A DNA stretch of 64,000 nucleotides from the human T2T-CHM13v2.0 reference genome, Homo sapiens. Below, piece after piece: positions 1-12,900 of the stretch (its first letter is position 1; every line of letters starts with the position of its first letter). The position numbers were made by a program, and so were the translations under genes. The notes under the pieces were generated by a model, which saw nothing but the letters and a program-made list of their open reading frames with translations, made no database searches and was not told the origin of the DNA. The stretch lies in NCBI RefSeq assembly GCF_009914755.1, contig NC_060928.1; one strand, written 5' to 3'.

Positions 1-3000
1 AAGATCCTTTTCAGACAAGCAAATGCTGAGGAAATTCATTACCACTAGACCTGCCTTACAGGATCTCATGAAGAAAGCCCTAAATATGGAAAGGAAAGAC
101 CATTACCAGGCACTACAAAAACACACTGAGGTACACAGACCAGTGACACTATATAGAAACCATATAAAGAAGTCTTCAAAGTAACTAGCTAACATCATGA
201 TAATAGGACCAAATACACACATATCAATACTAATCTTGAATGTAAATTGGCTAAATGCCCCAATCAAAAGGCAGTTTGGAAATGTGGATAAATAATCAAG
301 ACCCATTGGTATGCTGTCTTCAAGAGACCCATCTCACGTGCAGTGACACACAGGCTTAAAATAAAAGGATGGATAAAAACCTACCAATAAAATGTAAAAC
401 AGAAAAAAACACAAGGGTTGTAATCCTAGTTTTTGTGACAAAACAGACCTGAAACCAACAAATACCAAAGAAGACAAAGAAGGACATTACATAATGGTAA
501 ATGTTTCAATTCAACAAGAAGATCTAACTGTTGTAAATATATATGCACCCAACACAGGAACACCCAGATTTACAAAGCAAGTTCTTAGAGACCTTCAAAG
601 AGGCTTAGACTCCCACAAAATAATAGTAGAAGACTTTAACACCCAACTGACACTCTACAGATCATCAAGAGAGAATATTAACAAAGATATTCAGGACCTA
701 AACTCAACATTGGATCAAAGGGACCTGATAGGTATCTAGAGAAATCTCCACCCAAAACCAACAGAATATACATTCTTATCACCACATGACACTGACTCCA
801 AAATGGATCACACAATCAAAGGTAAAACACTCCTCAGAAAATGCAAAAGAACTGAAATCATAACAAACAGTTTCTCAGACCACAGCAAACCGTTTCTCAG
901 ACCACAACACAAACAAATGCAAAATCAAGACTAAGAAATTCACTCAAAACCATACAATTAAATGGAAATTGAAAAACCTGCTACTGAATGACTTTGGGAT
1001 AAATAATGAAATTACGGCAGAAATCAAGAATTTCTTTGAAATGAATTAGAATAAAGATACAACATAGCAGCATCTCTGGGACACAGCTAAGACAGTGGTA
1101 AGAGGGAAATTTATAGCACTAAATGCCCACATCAAACAGTTAGAAAGATTTAACGAGCCTAACATTACAAGTAAAAGAACTACAGAACAAAGAGTAAAGA
1201 AATCCCAAAGCTAGCAGAGGACAAGAAATAAGCAAAATCAGATCTGACGTGGAGATGGAGACACAAAAATATTTTAAAAATTAACAAATCCAGGAGCTGT
1301 TTCTTTTAAAAATATATATATAATTAATAATTAATAAAATAGGTACGCAACTAGCTAGACTAATAAAGAAGAAAGCAGAGAAGATTCAAGTAAACACAGT
1401 CAGAAATGACAAGGGGGATATCACCACTGACCCTACAGAAATATGAACAACACTGAGAGAATATTATGAACATCTCTGTGCACATAAACTGGAAAAACTA
1501 GAAGAAATGGATAAATCCCTGGACACATACACCCTCTCAAGACTGAAATAGGAAGAGATTGAATCCCTGGACAGACTAATAATGAGCTCTGAAATTGAAG
1601 CAGTAATAAATAGGCTACCAAGCAAAAAAAGCCCAGGATAAGATGGATTCAGAGCTGAATTCTACCAGATGTACAGAGAAGAGCTGGTACCACGCCTGCT
1701 GAAACTATTTCAAAAAAAAAATGAAGGCATAGGGACTCCTTCCTAACTCATTCTATGAGGCCAACATCATCTTGACCTGGCAGAGACACAACTAAAAAAG
1801 AAAACTTCGGGCCAAGATTCTTGAAGAACATCCGTGCAAAAATCCTCAACAAAATACTGGCAAACAGAACCCTGCAGCACATCAAAACCTTGTCTGCCAC
1901 AATCAAGTAGGCTTTATCCCCGGGATGCAAGGTTTTTTCAACACACCACAAATCAATAAATGTGATTTACCACATAAATAAACTAATGACAAAAACTACC
2001 TGATTGTCTCAATAGATGCAGAAAAAGCTTTTGATAAAATTTCAACACCTCTTTATGTTAAAAACTCTCAATGAATTAGGCATTGAAGGAACATACTTCA
2101 AAATAATAAGAGCCATCTATGACAAACCCAAAGTCAACTTCATACCGTAGAGGCAAAAGCTAGAAGCATTCCCCTTAAAAACTGGCACAAAACAAGGATG
2201 TTCTTTCTCACCACTCCTATTTGACATAGTATTGGAAATCCTGGCTGGGGTAATCAGGCAAGAGAAAGAAATAAAGCACATCCAATAGGAAGCACTACCC
2301 CACTACCCCTGTTTGCAGATGACATGATACTATATATAGAAAACCCCATAGTCTCAGCTCAAAAACTTCTTCAGCTGATAAACAACTTCTGCAAAGTCTC
2401 AGGATAGAAAATTCTGTGCGAAATCACCAAAATTACTATACACCAACAACAGTCAGCTGAGAGCCAAATCAGGATTGCAATCATATTCACGATTGCCACA
2501 AAAATAACAAAATACCTAGAAATAAAACTAACCAGGGAGGTGAAAGATCTCTGCAAGGAGAACTACAAAGCACTGTTCAACAAAATCAGAGATGATACCA
2601 AAAAAATGGAAAACATGGATAGGAAGAATCAATATTGTTAAAATGTCCATACTGCCCAAAGCAATTTAAAAAGTCAATGCTATTAGTATTAGACTACCAT
2701 TTACATTGAATCATTGAATTCTACTAGATATACAAAGAAGAGCTGGTACCACGTCTGCTGAAACTATTCCAAAACAATTGAAGAGTAGGAATTCCTCCCT
2801 AACTCATTTGAGACCATCATCATCCTGATACCAATACCTAGCAGAGATACAGCAAAACAAAAAGCTCCAGGCCAATATGGATAGGATGTTCATGGATAGG
2901 AAGAATTAACTTAGTTAAAATGGCCATACATCCAAAAGCAATTTTTGGAGTCAATGCTGTTCCTATTAAACTACCACTGACACTCTTCACAGGACTAGAA

Positions 3001-3963
3001 AAACAAAAACTATTTTAAAATTCATATGAAATAAAAACAGAGCCTGACTGGCCAAGGCCATCCCAAGCAAAAAGAACAAAGCTGGAGGCATCATGCTTCC
3101 CAACTTCAAGCTATACCACAGGGCTACAGTAACCAAAACAGCAAGGTACTGGTACAAAAATAGACACATAGACCAATGGGATAGAATAGAGTACCCAGAA
3201 ATAAAGTCACACACCTACAACTATCTGATCTTCAACAAACCTGACAAAAACAGACAATTTCTATTTTATAAATGGTGCTGGGTTAACTGGCTAGACATAA
3301 ACAGAAAATTGAAATTGAAATTATACCATATACACAATTTAACTCAAGATGGATGTAACAATCTTTTCTCACATTGCTATAAAGAATTACCTGAGACCGG
3401 GCAATTTATAAAGGTAAGAGATTGAATTGGCTCACTGTTTGACAGGCTATATAGGAAGCATGGCTGGGGAGGCCTCCGGAAACTTACTATCATGGCAGAA
3501 AGCAACGGGGAAGCAAGCACATCTTTACTAGACCAACAGGAGAGAGAGCAAAGGAGGAAGTGCCACACAAATTTAAACAACTAGATCTCATGAGAACTCA
3601 CTTACTATCACAAGAACAGCAAGGGGGAAATCTGCCTTCATGATTCAATCACCTTCTACCAGGTCCTTCCACCAACATTGGGGATTACAATTCAACATGA
3701 GAATTACGTGGACACAGAGCCAAATCATATCAATTGATTAAAGAATTAAATGTAAAACCCAATACTGTACAAACTCTGGAAGACATCCTGGGCAACACTA
3801 TTCTGGACATAGGAATGGGCAAAGATTTTAAGATGAAAAATAACTAATGGGTACTAGGTTTAATACCTGAATGACAATATTCTGTACTGCAAACCATGAC
3901 ACAAGTTTGCCTATATTACAAACCTCCACATATAATCCTGAACTTAAAAGGTAAAAAAAAAAA
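1..3963 (+). mobile_element. Decayed L1 (L1PA13-16/L1PB-like): end of ORF1, ORF2 (EN, RT), 3' terminus; internally rearranged and interrupted by an MST LTR
   Basis: ORF2 remnants (494-739 'SIQQEDLTVVNIYAPNTG' endonuclease; 'tttgcagatgacatgat' FADD motif near 2312; 3093 '[28 protein letters not shown]'). The 3' end 'taactaatgggtactagg...cctgaacttaaaag' plus A-tail lies at 3841-3963. Many frameshifts and stops. Confidence 0.95.
3354..3732 (-). mobile_element. MaLR solo LTR (MSTA/THE1D-like) inserted in L1 ORF2
   Basis: Typical 'cattgctataaagaattacctgagac...ccaaatcatatca' sequence with tg...ca ends. Near-TSD atgga (3349-3353) / attga (3733-3737). The L1 continues colinearly on both sides. Confidence 0.9.
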
Positions 3964-4855
3964 TCATCTTAAGCTGATTATAATTCACTATTCAAAATAG
4001 ATTATTTAGAGAAACAAACAAAATATTTTATTTAAACCTGGGACATAATCTTTTCAGGTAATATTTACCAGGGAATACATTTTTTGTTCTTTGGGAATAA
4101 ATATATTAGGAGATAGGTTGAACCTTCAATTTTAATATTTTATTTTTTAAGATAGCACTGTGATTACTATTACCTCTTGAAGATATAGTTACTCTAAATT
4201 ATCTCATCATTAAGCTCAAGTTGGTAGCCATGAAGTACACAGAATTTTGCTGCTTAAATCTCCAGTCAAAACTAACTTCAAAGCAATGCCAATGCATGCT
4301 ACACAGGGGGCCAGACTCCATGAAAGGTTGACAACCATACTGAGTGCTTAGGGCAGATAATATGTTTCAATCTGTCTACAGAAGCCTCAAGTTCACAATT
4401 TTTTTTAAGAAAATTAAGAGAGAGTTGGCACAGAAAATTAGAGCTGCTCAAACCTAAACAATGAAAACAGTTAAAATAACCGAAAGCCAACGAATACTAA
4501 AGCCTGTTAAAGTTACATTTTTCTTGAATATGAAATTAATAGTAGGCTGTGTGGCTGAATCTGCTATACAGCTTGACAGTAAAACTGCTGTTGCTGCTTC
4601 CAGTAAAATCAAGAAACCAGCACAGTATAATGGGAAGAAAATGCTGAAGTGAACAGCTTTGACTTCCACAGCCTGATCCTCTGATACCTGTCCCAGATTC
4701 TTGGTGCTAAATCATGTTTTCTCTATGTTTAAGATTTCAAGTGACTGCATCTAATCTCAAACTTGGAACTTATTGTCAGTATTCTTATGGTCAACAACAT
4801 CAGTGATCTGTGCAAAGCAAAAATTGAGGAGATGATGCCCTCTGTTTTGACTATC

Positions 4856-5297
4856 TTTATTAGTTTTCTGGGGATCTCATAACAAAGTATCATGAACTGG
4901 GTGGCTTAAACAATGGATATTTATTGCCTTATAGTGTTGGAGACTACAAGTCTGAAATCAGTGTCAGCAGAGTTTTTTTTTTCCTTTTGAGGGCTGGAAG
5001 GGGAGAATCTGTTCCATGGCTATGTCTGAGCTTCTGGTATTCTCAATTGTTCCTTGGCTTGAAGATGGCTTTCATTTCCCCTGTGTCATTGCATCATTTT
5101 CCCTCTATACATGTCTCTGTCTGTGTTTAAATTTTCCCATTTTATAAGTGCAGTCATACTGGATTAGGGCCCACCTTAATGGTTTCATTTCATCTTGATC
5201 ATCTACCAAAGTCCTATTTCCACATAAGGTCACATTCACAGGTACTGAGCATTAGGACTTTAACATCTTTGGGGTAACACAATTCACACGATAACCA
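4856..5297 (-). mobile_element. MLT1 (MLT1C-like) MaLR solo LTR
   Basis: 'cataacaaagtatcatgaactgggtggcttaaacaa', 'ggattagggcccacc' and 'aaggtcacattcacaggtactgag' are MLT1 hallmarks. Confidence 0.85.
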
Positions 5298-5852
5298 TCA
5301 AGAGTTTGGAGAAAATCTAAACTCCTAAACAGCATAGAGCAGGCTGTCAAGATCTGCCCTGTGTTTTTCTTCTTCTCCTTATCTTTAGCATGATCCCCGT
5401 CTCAATCTATACTCCAGATTATTGAACAAATGGTACTATAATTGCTCTGATTATACACTGCACTCTTTATGGTAGTGTCTCCTTTCAGTTGAAGGCTATT
5501 TCTAGGCCGATTTGCTTTAAAAAATAAAAATTATGTTTGTGCCTCCATAACTGCAATCTCTCCAAGTATCTGTACCAAATAGCTTATTTAATGTTTGAAC
5601 TGGACACAATATTTCACCTTCTCAGACTTCCCACTTGTATGAAAACTCAATCCATGTTTCCCACTGATTCCCACATGCTCAGATCCTTTTCTGTACGTCT
5701 GTTGTACATAAGATTATTTTGTACATGTTCCTGACCTCTGGCTCATCATCAATAAGGATTTTTAGTCAAGAATTGAAAACTTCATGTTGATGTAAGTTGT
5801 AAGACACAGGATGATGAGCTACCAGCTACCACATTCTTTGCTATATAGAGAA

Positions 5853-6170
5853 GGAGTTGGGAGACTATGTATGGATCCACAGTCCAAATCTGGCTAGCTG
5901 CCCATTTTTGTATAGTCCATGAACTAGAATGGTTTGTGTATGTTTGAATTGATGAAAATAAAAAAAAGTTAATAATTACACAAAACTAGAATTGCAATGT
6001 CCATAAATAAAGTTGCATTGAAACACAGTCACACTTATTTTTCACTGCTACATTTTTTATGGTTGCTTTCATGCTACAACAACAAAGTTGAGTAGCTACA
6101 ACAGAGACCACATGACCTGCAAAGCCTCAGATATTATCTATCCTTTTACAAAAATACTTTGATGACCCCT
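5853..6170 (+). mobile_element. MER58B-like hAT-Charlie MITE
   Basis: 'ccaaatctggc...tttttgta', 'aataaagttgcattgaaacacagtcac', 'aagttgagtagctacaacagagaccacatgacctgcaaagcct', ending 'gacccct'. Confidence 0.85.
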
Positions 6171-7414
6171 TTATAAAGTAATAAAACAAACTAGAGCAAT
6201 GAAAATAGTGAGATAAAGGAAGAACAAGATTGAGACGTAGAGTGAAAGAGAAAAGAGAGATAAAGCATATACACAGGGAATAGTATGGGAGACACTGAGT
6301 TCTAACAATCTTTGATTCCTACTATACCCCAGGTTCAGCAATAATCACAATCTTGAATTCTATGGGACATACCCTATAAATTATAAAAACCATTTCTGTT
6401 AATTGCCTTTAATGGAACCATCAATAATGCCCCTACCAATATACCTGTCTTTCTCCTATAGCCGTCTGTAAGCTCCTTGAAGGTAGCGACTACCTTATTA
6501 AATATATTACCTCAAGTATACTATTTAAGTTACTAAACACAAACTCATTGAAGTAATAAATACAAAAATAAATATACGTTGGTTAAATTATACTAAAAGT
6601 GGGAGAAGGAATGGATGGAAAAAAGTGGATGAGGACCCTTGTTTCTGAAGCACCACTCTCTCTAAAATGTGCTATGAAGTGTTCTGTAAGATTACTCACG
6701 GCTCTCTAAATCTACTTGAGTCTCTCATCAAATAAAAAACAATACAGTTTTTGTCATTGTCAACCAATCAAAATGAATTCCTGGTAATAGCAGTGGCATT
6801 GTGATGAGTCCTGGTGAGAGTCTGGTTCTTGCTGTGCTTTTATGTAAATTCTAAGTTTGGCCCATTCTGCATTCTATATAAAATCTAAGTCATTCTTCCT
6901 CCACCTTCTTCTTATATTAGGCTCTCTGTGGTTCACATAGGCTCTGTCATAAATATCTTGAACAAGAGAGAGGTTGCACACAGTATTCTCACCATCATTA
7001 CAAGCTTGTGGATTTTGGACATGAGGTCGTCAGTACTGTAACATTTTTTTGGAGAAAGAACTACAAGCTGACTAATAGTCAATTTTTATTTCCATTGGCA
7101 GAAAGAACTTTAAGTGCTTAAAAGACCACCCCAAACTCATTTAACTATGAAATTCTAGCTATGGAATTATGTGAGGTTTATAAACATACCTTCCACTCAA
7201 TTGCAAAGTCTACTTTTGCTATCATAAAACTCTGGATACTAATACCAAGCTAATTGAGACTAGCATAAATGAATCAGGCATTGTAGAAAGTATACAGATG
7301 ATTACAACCCAAGCCCAAGTGTAACTAAAATCAAGGTCAGAATCTACTGAGATTGGTGGCTGAATTTTGTGTGACTGGTTAAACCTCGTGGAGCTTTACA
7401 TGAACATTGCAGGT

Positions 7415-7610
7415 TATGGGCTTTGAAGTAAAACAAAAATATCAGTCTTTGAAACTCAGCATATGCTCTAGCCATGTAAATTTGAAAAAGTATATACTTT
7501 CACCTAACCTTAATTTTCTCGTCTCTAAAATGGGATGATAATAACAACAACACAGAATTAATGGTAGTTGCAGATAAAGCAGTCAGCAAAATTTTTGGCA
7601 CACAGTAATT
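7415..7610 (+). mobile_element. MIR SINE relic
   Basis: Core 'ccttaattttctcgtctctaaaatgggatgataataac' and terminal 'tggcacacagtaa'. Confidence 0.65.
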
Positions 7611-8255
7611 AAAATGTGACAAATACACAAGAGTACAGAGATTCTGAGTCCTCAGAACTGTTTTTCATAAATGTTTCTAAATCTATTATTACTATAATTC
7701 ATTATTTTACTCATATCTGATTATAAAAACCATGATGAGATTAACATAGTTTTGCTTGTGCATGGCTTTATTGTTCTGCTAGACCCAGTAATCAAAAAGG
7801 GAATTTCAATAAACAGGAAATTGTATGATGTTGTAAAGTAAGAAATAGAGATAATACCCTTTGTCACAGGAATATTTTAGAAAATTTGAGATATATAGTC
7901 TATTGAAGAAATACGGGTTATGATAGGTCATTTTAATAACATCAGTGTTTCTGCATAGCCATGAGTTGTAGGACAAATGGGTGTAGGCACAAAAAGACAG
8001 ATCTGGGGCCAGTGTGTAATATTCAATGTCATCAGTGAGTTGACTATATTTCCTCAATAGGTAATGAGATCCCTGACAAGGAAGATATTGGCAACCAGTT
8101 GAACAAGTCACTATAGAAGGAATTCAATAAAACGTCAGAGGGCAGATTGGAGTAGTGGACCCTATGTCCTTTAAGTTCCATTTCAACCCTGAAATTTGAT
8201 CTCTCTATAACAAGCTGTATAAGGCTTCTCTCAATTGGATGTTTGAGAACTAGAT

Positions 8256-8263
8256 CACACACA

Positions 8264-8330
<67 letters not shown>
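8256..8330. repeat. Compound microsatellite (CA)n(GA)n(GACA)n
   Basis: Directly visible. Confidence 0.98.
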
Positions 8331-8331
<1 letters not shown>

Positions 8332-9974
8332 ATTTCCTATTCATCCTTGAGAATATTTAGTTCTCTTTGGTAACCAGATAGTCAGACACTACATCAAATG
8401 GCCTTATAAAATAAAACATTTAAATTCAGTGTTGTTCTGTGGCAAATTTGTGGGAAGTTATGAGGAATCCTGACATTTCCACAGTTCAGTCCTACTGGCT
8501 TCTTACTAGCTAGGTCAGATATCCTCACAGCATAATGCTGCTGCTCCAAATGTTTGGAGGACATTTTGTTATCTCACACTAGTTTCTTCTCAGTGCTCCT
8601 CTACTTCTTATTTGGTTTTGTTAGAAATATGGCCTGAACCTTTACAGCCTAAACAGAGTAATGAAAATAATCAAGTTTATTTCCCAAATCTGGCTTGTTC
8701 ATATGTTGAATTCTGTTCAAATGGGCTTTGGCACTACCTGTCCTGTTTCTCTTTAGCTCTCTAAGGCAGAATTGGGGAAATTTCTGCCCCTTCTCAGTTT
8801 TCTGCAGAAAACTGAGACTGTTTCTACTCTCAGTTTTCTGTAGAAAATTCTTGCTTAAAATGTAAGCACATACCACATAATCACATTTGGGGGAAGACAT
8901 TATACAATTACACAAAGACAGAGGACAGTCCTACTAATTATATACCTGGTTTTCATCAATAATGGAAAGTTTAGCACCTTAATTTGAAGTCTGTTAACAT
9001 TTCTCAAAAAAACACTTGTGTAAGTTTAGCCCAGCCTACAGATTTCTCAAAATAAAGAAATTTGCTGCAAATATTTTCACTTTTAGACAAAATTATTAGC
9101 AACTCTTAAATGACTCTTTTACAGCCACCAAAATATACTGAAAACTCAACAGTTTCAAATACATTTTTTCTTTATTTATTTTCACTAAAATTATTAAATT
9201 ATGTCTTTAAAATGAATAAATAAAAGTGCAGTTCTTGATATATAAATACAAATTCAGAAAACTTGCTGTCTATAAGTACACAGCCAATGTAGTGAGACCA
9301 AGGGCTGCACTTTCCTTCTCACATTAAGAATTAAGGTAAAAGTTCATACAGTACCACATGAATTTCTCAGGGTTTTTTTTCAGAGCCATTTACTTTCTTA
9401 GAGTAGCTCTGATCCTGATGCTCTTTTCTCCCCATGTGCCATCTTTCTCCTGTGCTTCATCTCACCAGCTTTCAACATTTTAAGCTAATATGACAAGGGT
9501 TAAAGATCACGCAAGCCACAAAATCTGGCTTGAAACCTTAGCTGATGGATAGTCTTTGAGGTTCTCATAAGTAAAAAGTCTTGTAAGCCCTTGGAGAAGA
9601 AATCATTCAAAAACAACCTTCCCAAATCTTTTACAACCCAGCAAAACAAAGAAGAAACTTTTCTTGCTATGAAATAGCAGAAAATTAAAGTTCAAGTAAA
9701 GAAAATGTTCCATCCATTGGAGATTATTACATTACACTGACAATATTTGGAAATTGCTTGTCCTAGTAAGAGAAAGTAACATCATTTAAGCATTAGCAAA
9801 TTACTGTAAATTCTTTATGATTGTAATAGTGTACACTGTCGTGCCCTTACATTTTAAAAAACCACCACAAAATCTGATTAAGCATAAGGAATATTAGCTT
9901 TGTCTAAAATGACAACTAGTTTAATAGATTCCCTAGTATACCTCATTTTGTAGATTTTAGTTTTATATACACAT

Positions 9975-12900
9975 ATTTTGTTTTTTATTTATGTAGATAC
10001 ATAAAAATTATATATTTATATATATTTATGAGATACATGAGACATTTTGTTATAGGCATACAGTGCATTATAATTACATCAGAGTAAATGGGGTATTCAT
10101 CACCCCAAGCATTTGTTTGCTGTACAAATATTCCAATTATGCTCTTTTAGTTATTTCAAAATGTACAATAAATTGTTGACTATAGTCACCCTGTTGTACT
10201 ATCAAATACTAGATCTTATTCATTGTATCTAATTATATTTTTGTAAGCATTAACCATCCTCACTTCTCTCCACCCCAACTACCCTTCCCAGCCTCTGGTA
10301 ACCATTATTCTATTCTCTATCTCCATGAGTTCAATTGTTTTAAATTTTTAGCTCTGATAAAGAAGTTAGAACATATGAAGTTTGCATTTCTGCACCTGGC
10401 TTATTTCACTTAACAAAATGTCCTCCAATTTCATCTATGTTGTTGCAAATGACAGGATCTTATTCTTTTTTATGGCTGAATAGTACTCTATTGTGTACAT
10501 GTCCCTCATTTTCTTTACCAATTCATCTGCTGACGGACACTTAGTTTGCTTCCAAACCTTAGCTACTGTGAACAGTGCTGCAACAAACATGGGAAGACAG
10601 ATCTGCAACAAACACGGGAAGACAGATATCTCTCCGATATGCTGATTTCCTTTCTTTTGGATATATACCCAGCAGTGGGATTGCTGAATTATGTGGTAGC
10701 TCTGTTTTTAGTTTTCTCAGGAACTTTCAAACTTTTCTCCATAGTAATGTTACTAAGTAATATTCCCACGAAAAGTGTATGAAGTTTCCCTTTTCTTCAC
10801 ACCTTCACCAGCATTTGTTATTGCCTGTCTTTTGGATAAAAGCTATTTTAACTAGAATAAGATGATATCTCATTGTAGTTTTGATTTACATTTCTCAGGT
10901 TATAAATGATGCTGAGCACCTTTGCATATACATTTTTGCCATTTGTATGTCTTCCTTTGAGAAATGTTTATTCAAATCTTTTGCCAGTGTTTTTATCAGA
11001 CTATTAGATTTTCTCCTATTGAGTTAGTGAGTTCCTTATAAATTCTGGCTGTTAATCCCTTGTCTGATGAATAGTTTCCAAATATTTTCTCCCATTCTGT
11101 GGGTTTTCTCTTCACTTTGTTGATTGCTAACTTTGCTGTGCATATTTTTAACCTAATGTAATCACATTGGTCCATTTTTGCTTTGGTTGCCTGTGCTTGT
11201 GGGGTATTACTCAAGAAATATTTGCCCAGTCCAAAGTCCTGCATAGTTTTATCAATGGTGTCTTTTAGTAATAGTTAAGTCAGGTAATGTGGTTTTTTCC
11301 ATTTTTTATTTTGCTCAGGATAGCTTTGGTTGGTCTATATCTCTTATGGTTCCTTAAAAGTTTTAGGATTATTTTCTACTGCTGTGAAGAATGTCATAGA
11401 TACTTTGATAAGGATTGCATTGAATTGGTAGATTGCTTTGGGTCATATAGACATTTTAACAATACTGATTCTTCCAATCCATGAATATGGAATATCTTTC
11501 TATTTTTTTGTGCCCTCTTCAATTTCTTGTATCAATGTTTTATAGCTTTTATTGTAGAGATTTTTCACTTCTTTAAATTTATCCCTCAGTATTTAATTTT
11601 ATTTATGGCTATTGTAAATAGGATTACATTGTTAATTTCTTTCTCAGGTTGTTCACTATTGGCATATAGAAATGCTACATGTAGATTTTTAGGTGTTGAT
11701 TTTGTATCCTGGAACTTTACTGAATTTGTTTATCAGTTTGAAGTTTCTTGGTGGAGTCTTTAGTTTTTTTTTTTTTCCCCAAATGTAAGATTATATCATC
11801 TGCAAACAAGAATAATTTGACTTCTTCCAATTTTGTTGCCTTTTATTTTGTTCTCTTGTTTGACTGCTCTAGCTGGGATTTCCAATACTATGTTGAATAA
11901 TGATGGTGAAAGTGAGCACCATTTTCTTATCCCAGATCTTAGAGGAAAGACCTTCACTTTTTCCCCATTCAGTATGATACTATTTGTGGTTCTGTCATAT
12001 ATGGCCTCTATTTTATTGAGGTATGTTCCTTCTACACTTAGTTTTCTGAGGGATTTTTTTTTATCATAAAGGGCTATTAAATTTCATCAAAGGTTTTTTC
12101 ACCCACTATTGAAATGATCGTATGATGTTTGTCCTTCATTCTGTTTATGTGATGTATCGTATTGATTGATTTGCATATTTCAAGAACCAGTCTTGTATCC
12201 CTGGGATAAATCCCATTTGGTCATAAAGAATGATCTTCTAAATGTGTTGTTGATTTCAGTTGGCTAGTATTTTGTTGAGAATTGTTTCATCTAGACAAGT
12301 TAGGGATATTAACCTGTAGTTTACTTTTTCTAACATGTCTTTGTCTGGTTTTGTTATCAGGGTAATGCTGGCCCAATAGAATGAGTTTGACAGTACTCCC
12401 TTCTGCCATACTTTTTCAGAATAGTTTGAGTAAGATTGGTATTAGTTTTTCTTTATATGTTTGGTGAAGTTCAGCAGTGAATTGGTATTAGTTTTTCTGT
12501 ACATGTTTAGTGAAATTCAGCCATCAGGTCCTGGGTTTTTCTTTGCTGGGGGCCTATATATCACCACTTTAATTTTATTAATTGTTATTAATCACTTCAG
12601 GTTTTAGATTTATTCGTTCAGTCTTATCAGGTTGTATTTGTGTATTTCTTGTAATAAATTTATTCATTTCTTCTAGTCTTCCAGTTGATTGACATATTAC
12701 TTACTCAGAGTAACCTCTCATGATCCTTTGAATTTCTGTGTGGTATCAGCTGTAACGTCTACATGTTTATCTCTAATTTTATGTATTTGGGTTTTTCCTC
12801 TCCTTTTGTCTTCAGCCAGGCTAAAGTTTTTTTTTCTTTGTTTCATTGATCTTTTGTATTGCTTTATTCATTTCAATTTTATATATTCCTGCTCTTATTT

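Noticed and set aside
494-3425. Endonuclease/RT-like ORFs (also at 23540-24301 and 52991-53287)
   Set aside because: Fragments of dead L1 ORF2 with many stops and frameshifts; not functional genes or a novel RT system.
4430-4680. Overlapping short ORFs in unique sequence
   Set aside because: No recognisable protein similarity or convincing splice sites.
864-12521. Short tandem duplications inside L1s (22 bp at 864-907, 25 bp at 10578-10627, 46 bp at 12435-12521)
   Set aside because: Real but ordinary slippage or repair duplications in neutral DNA.
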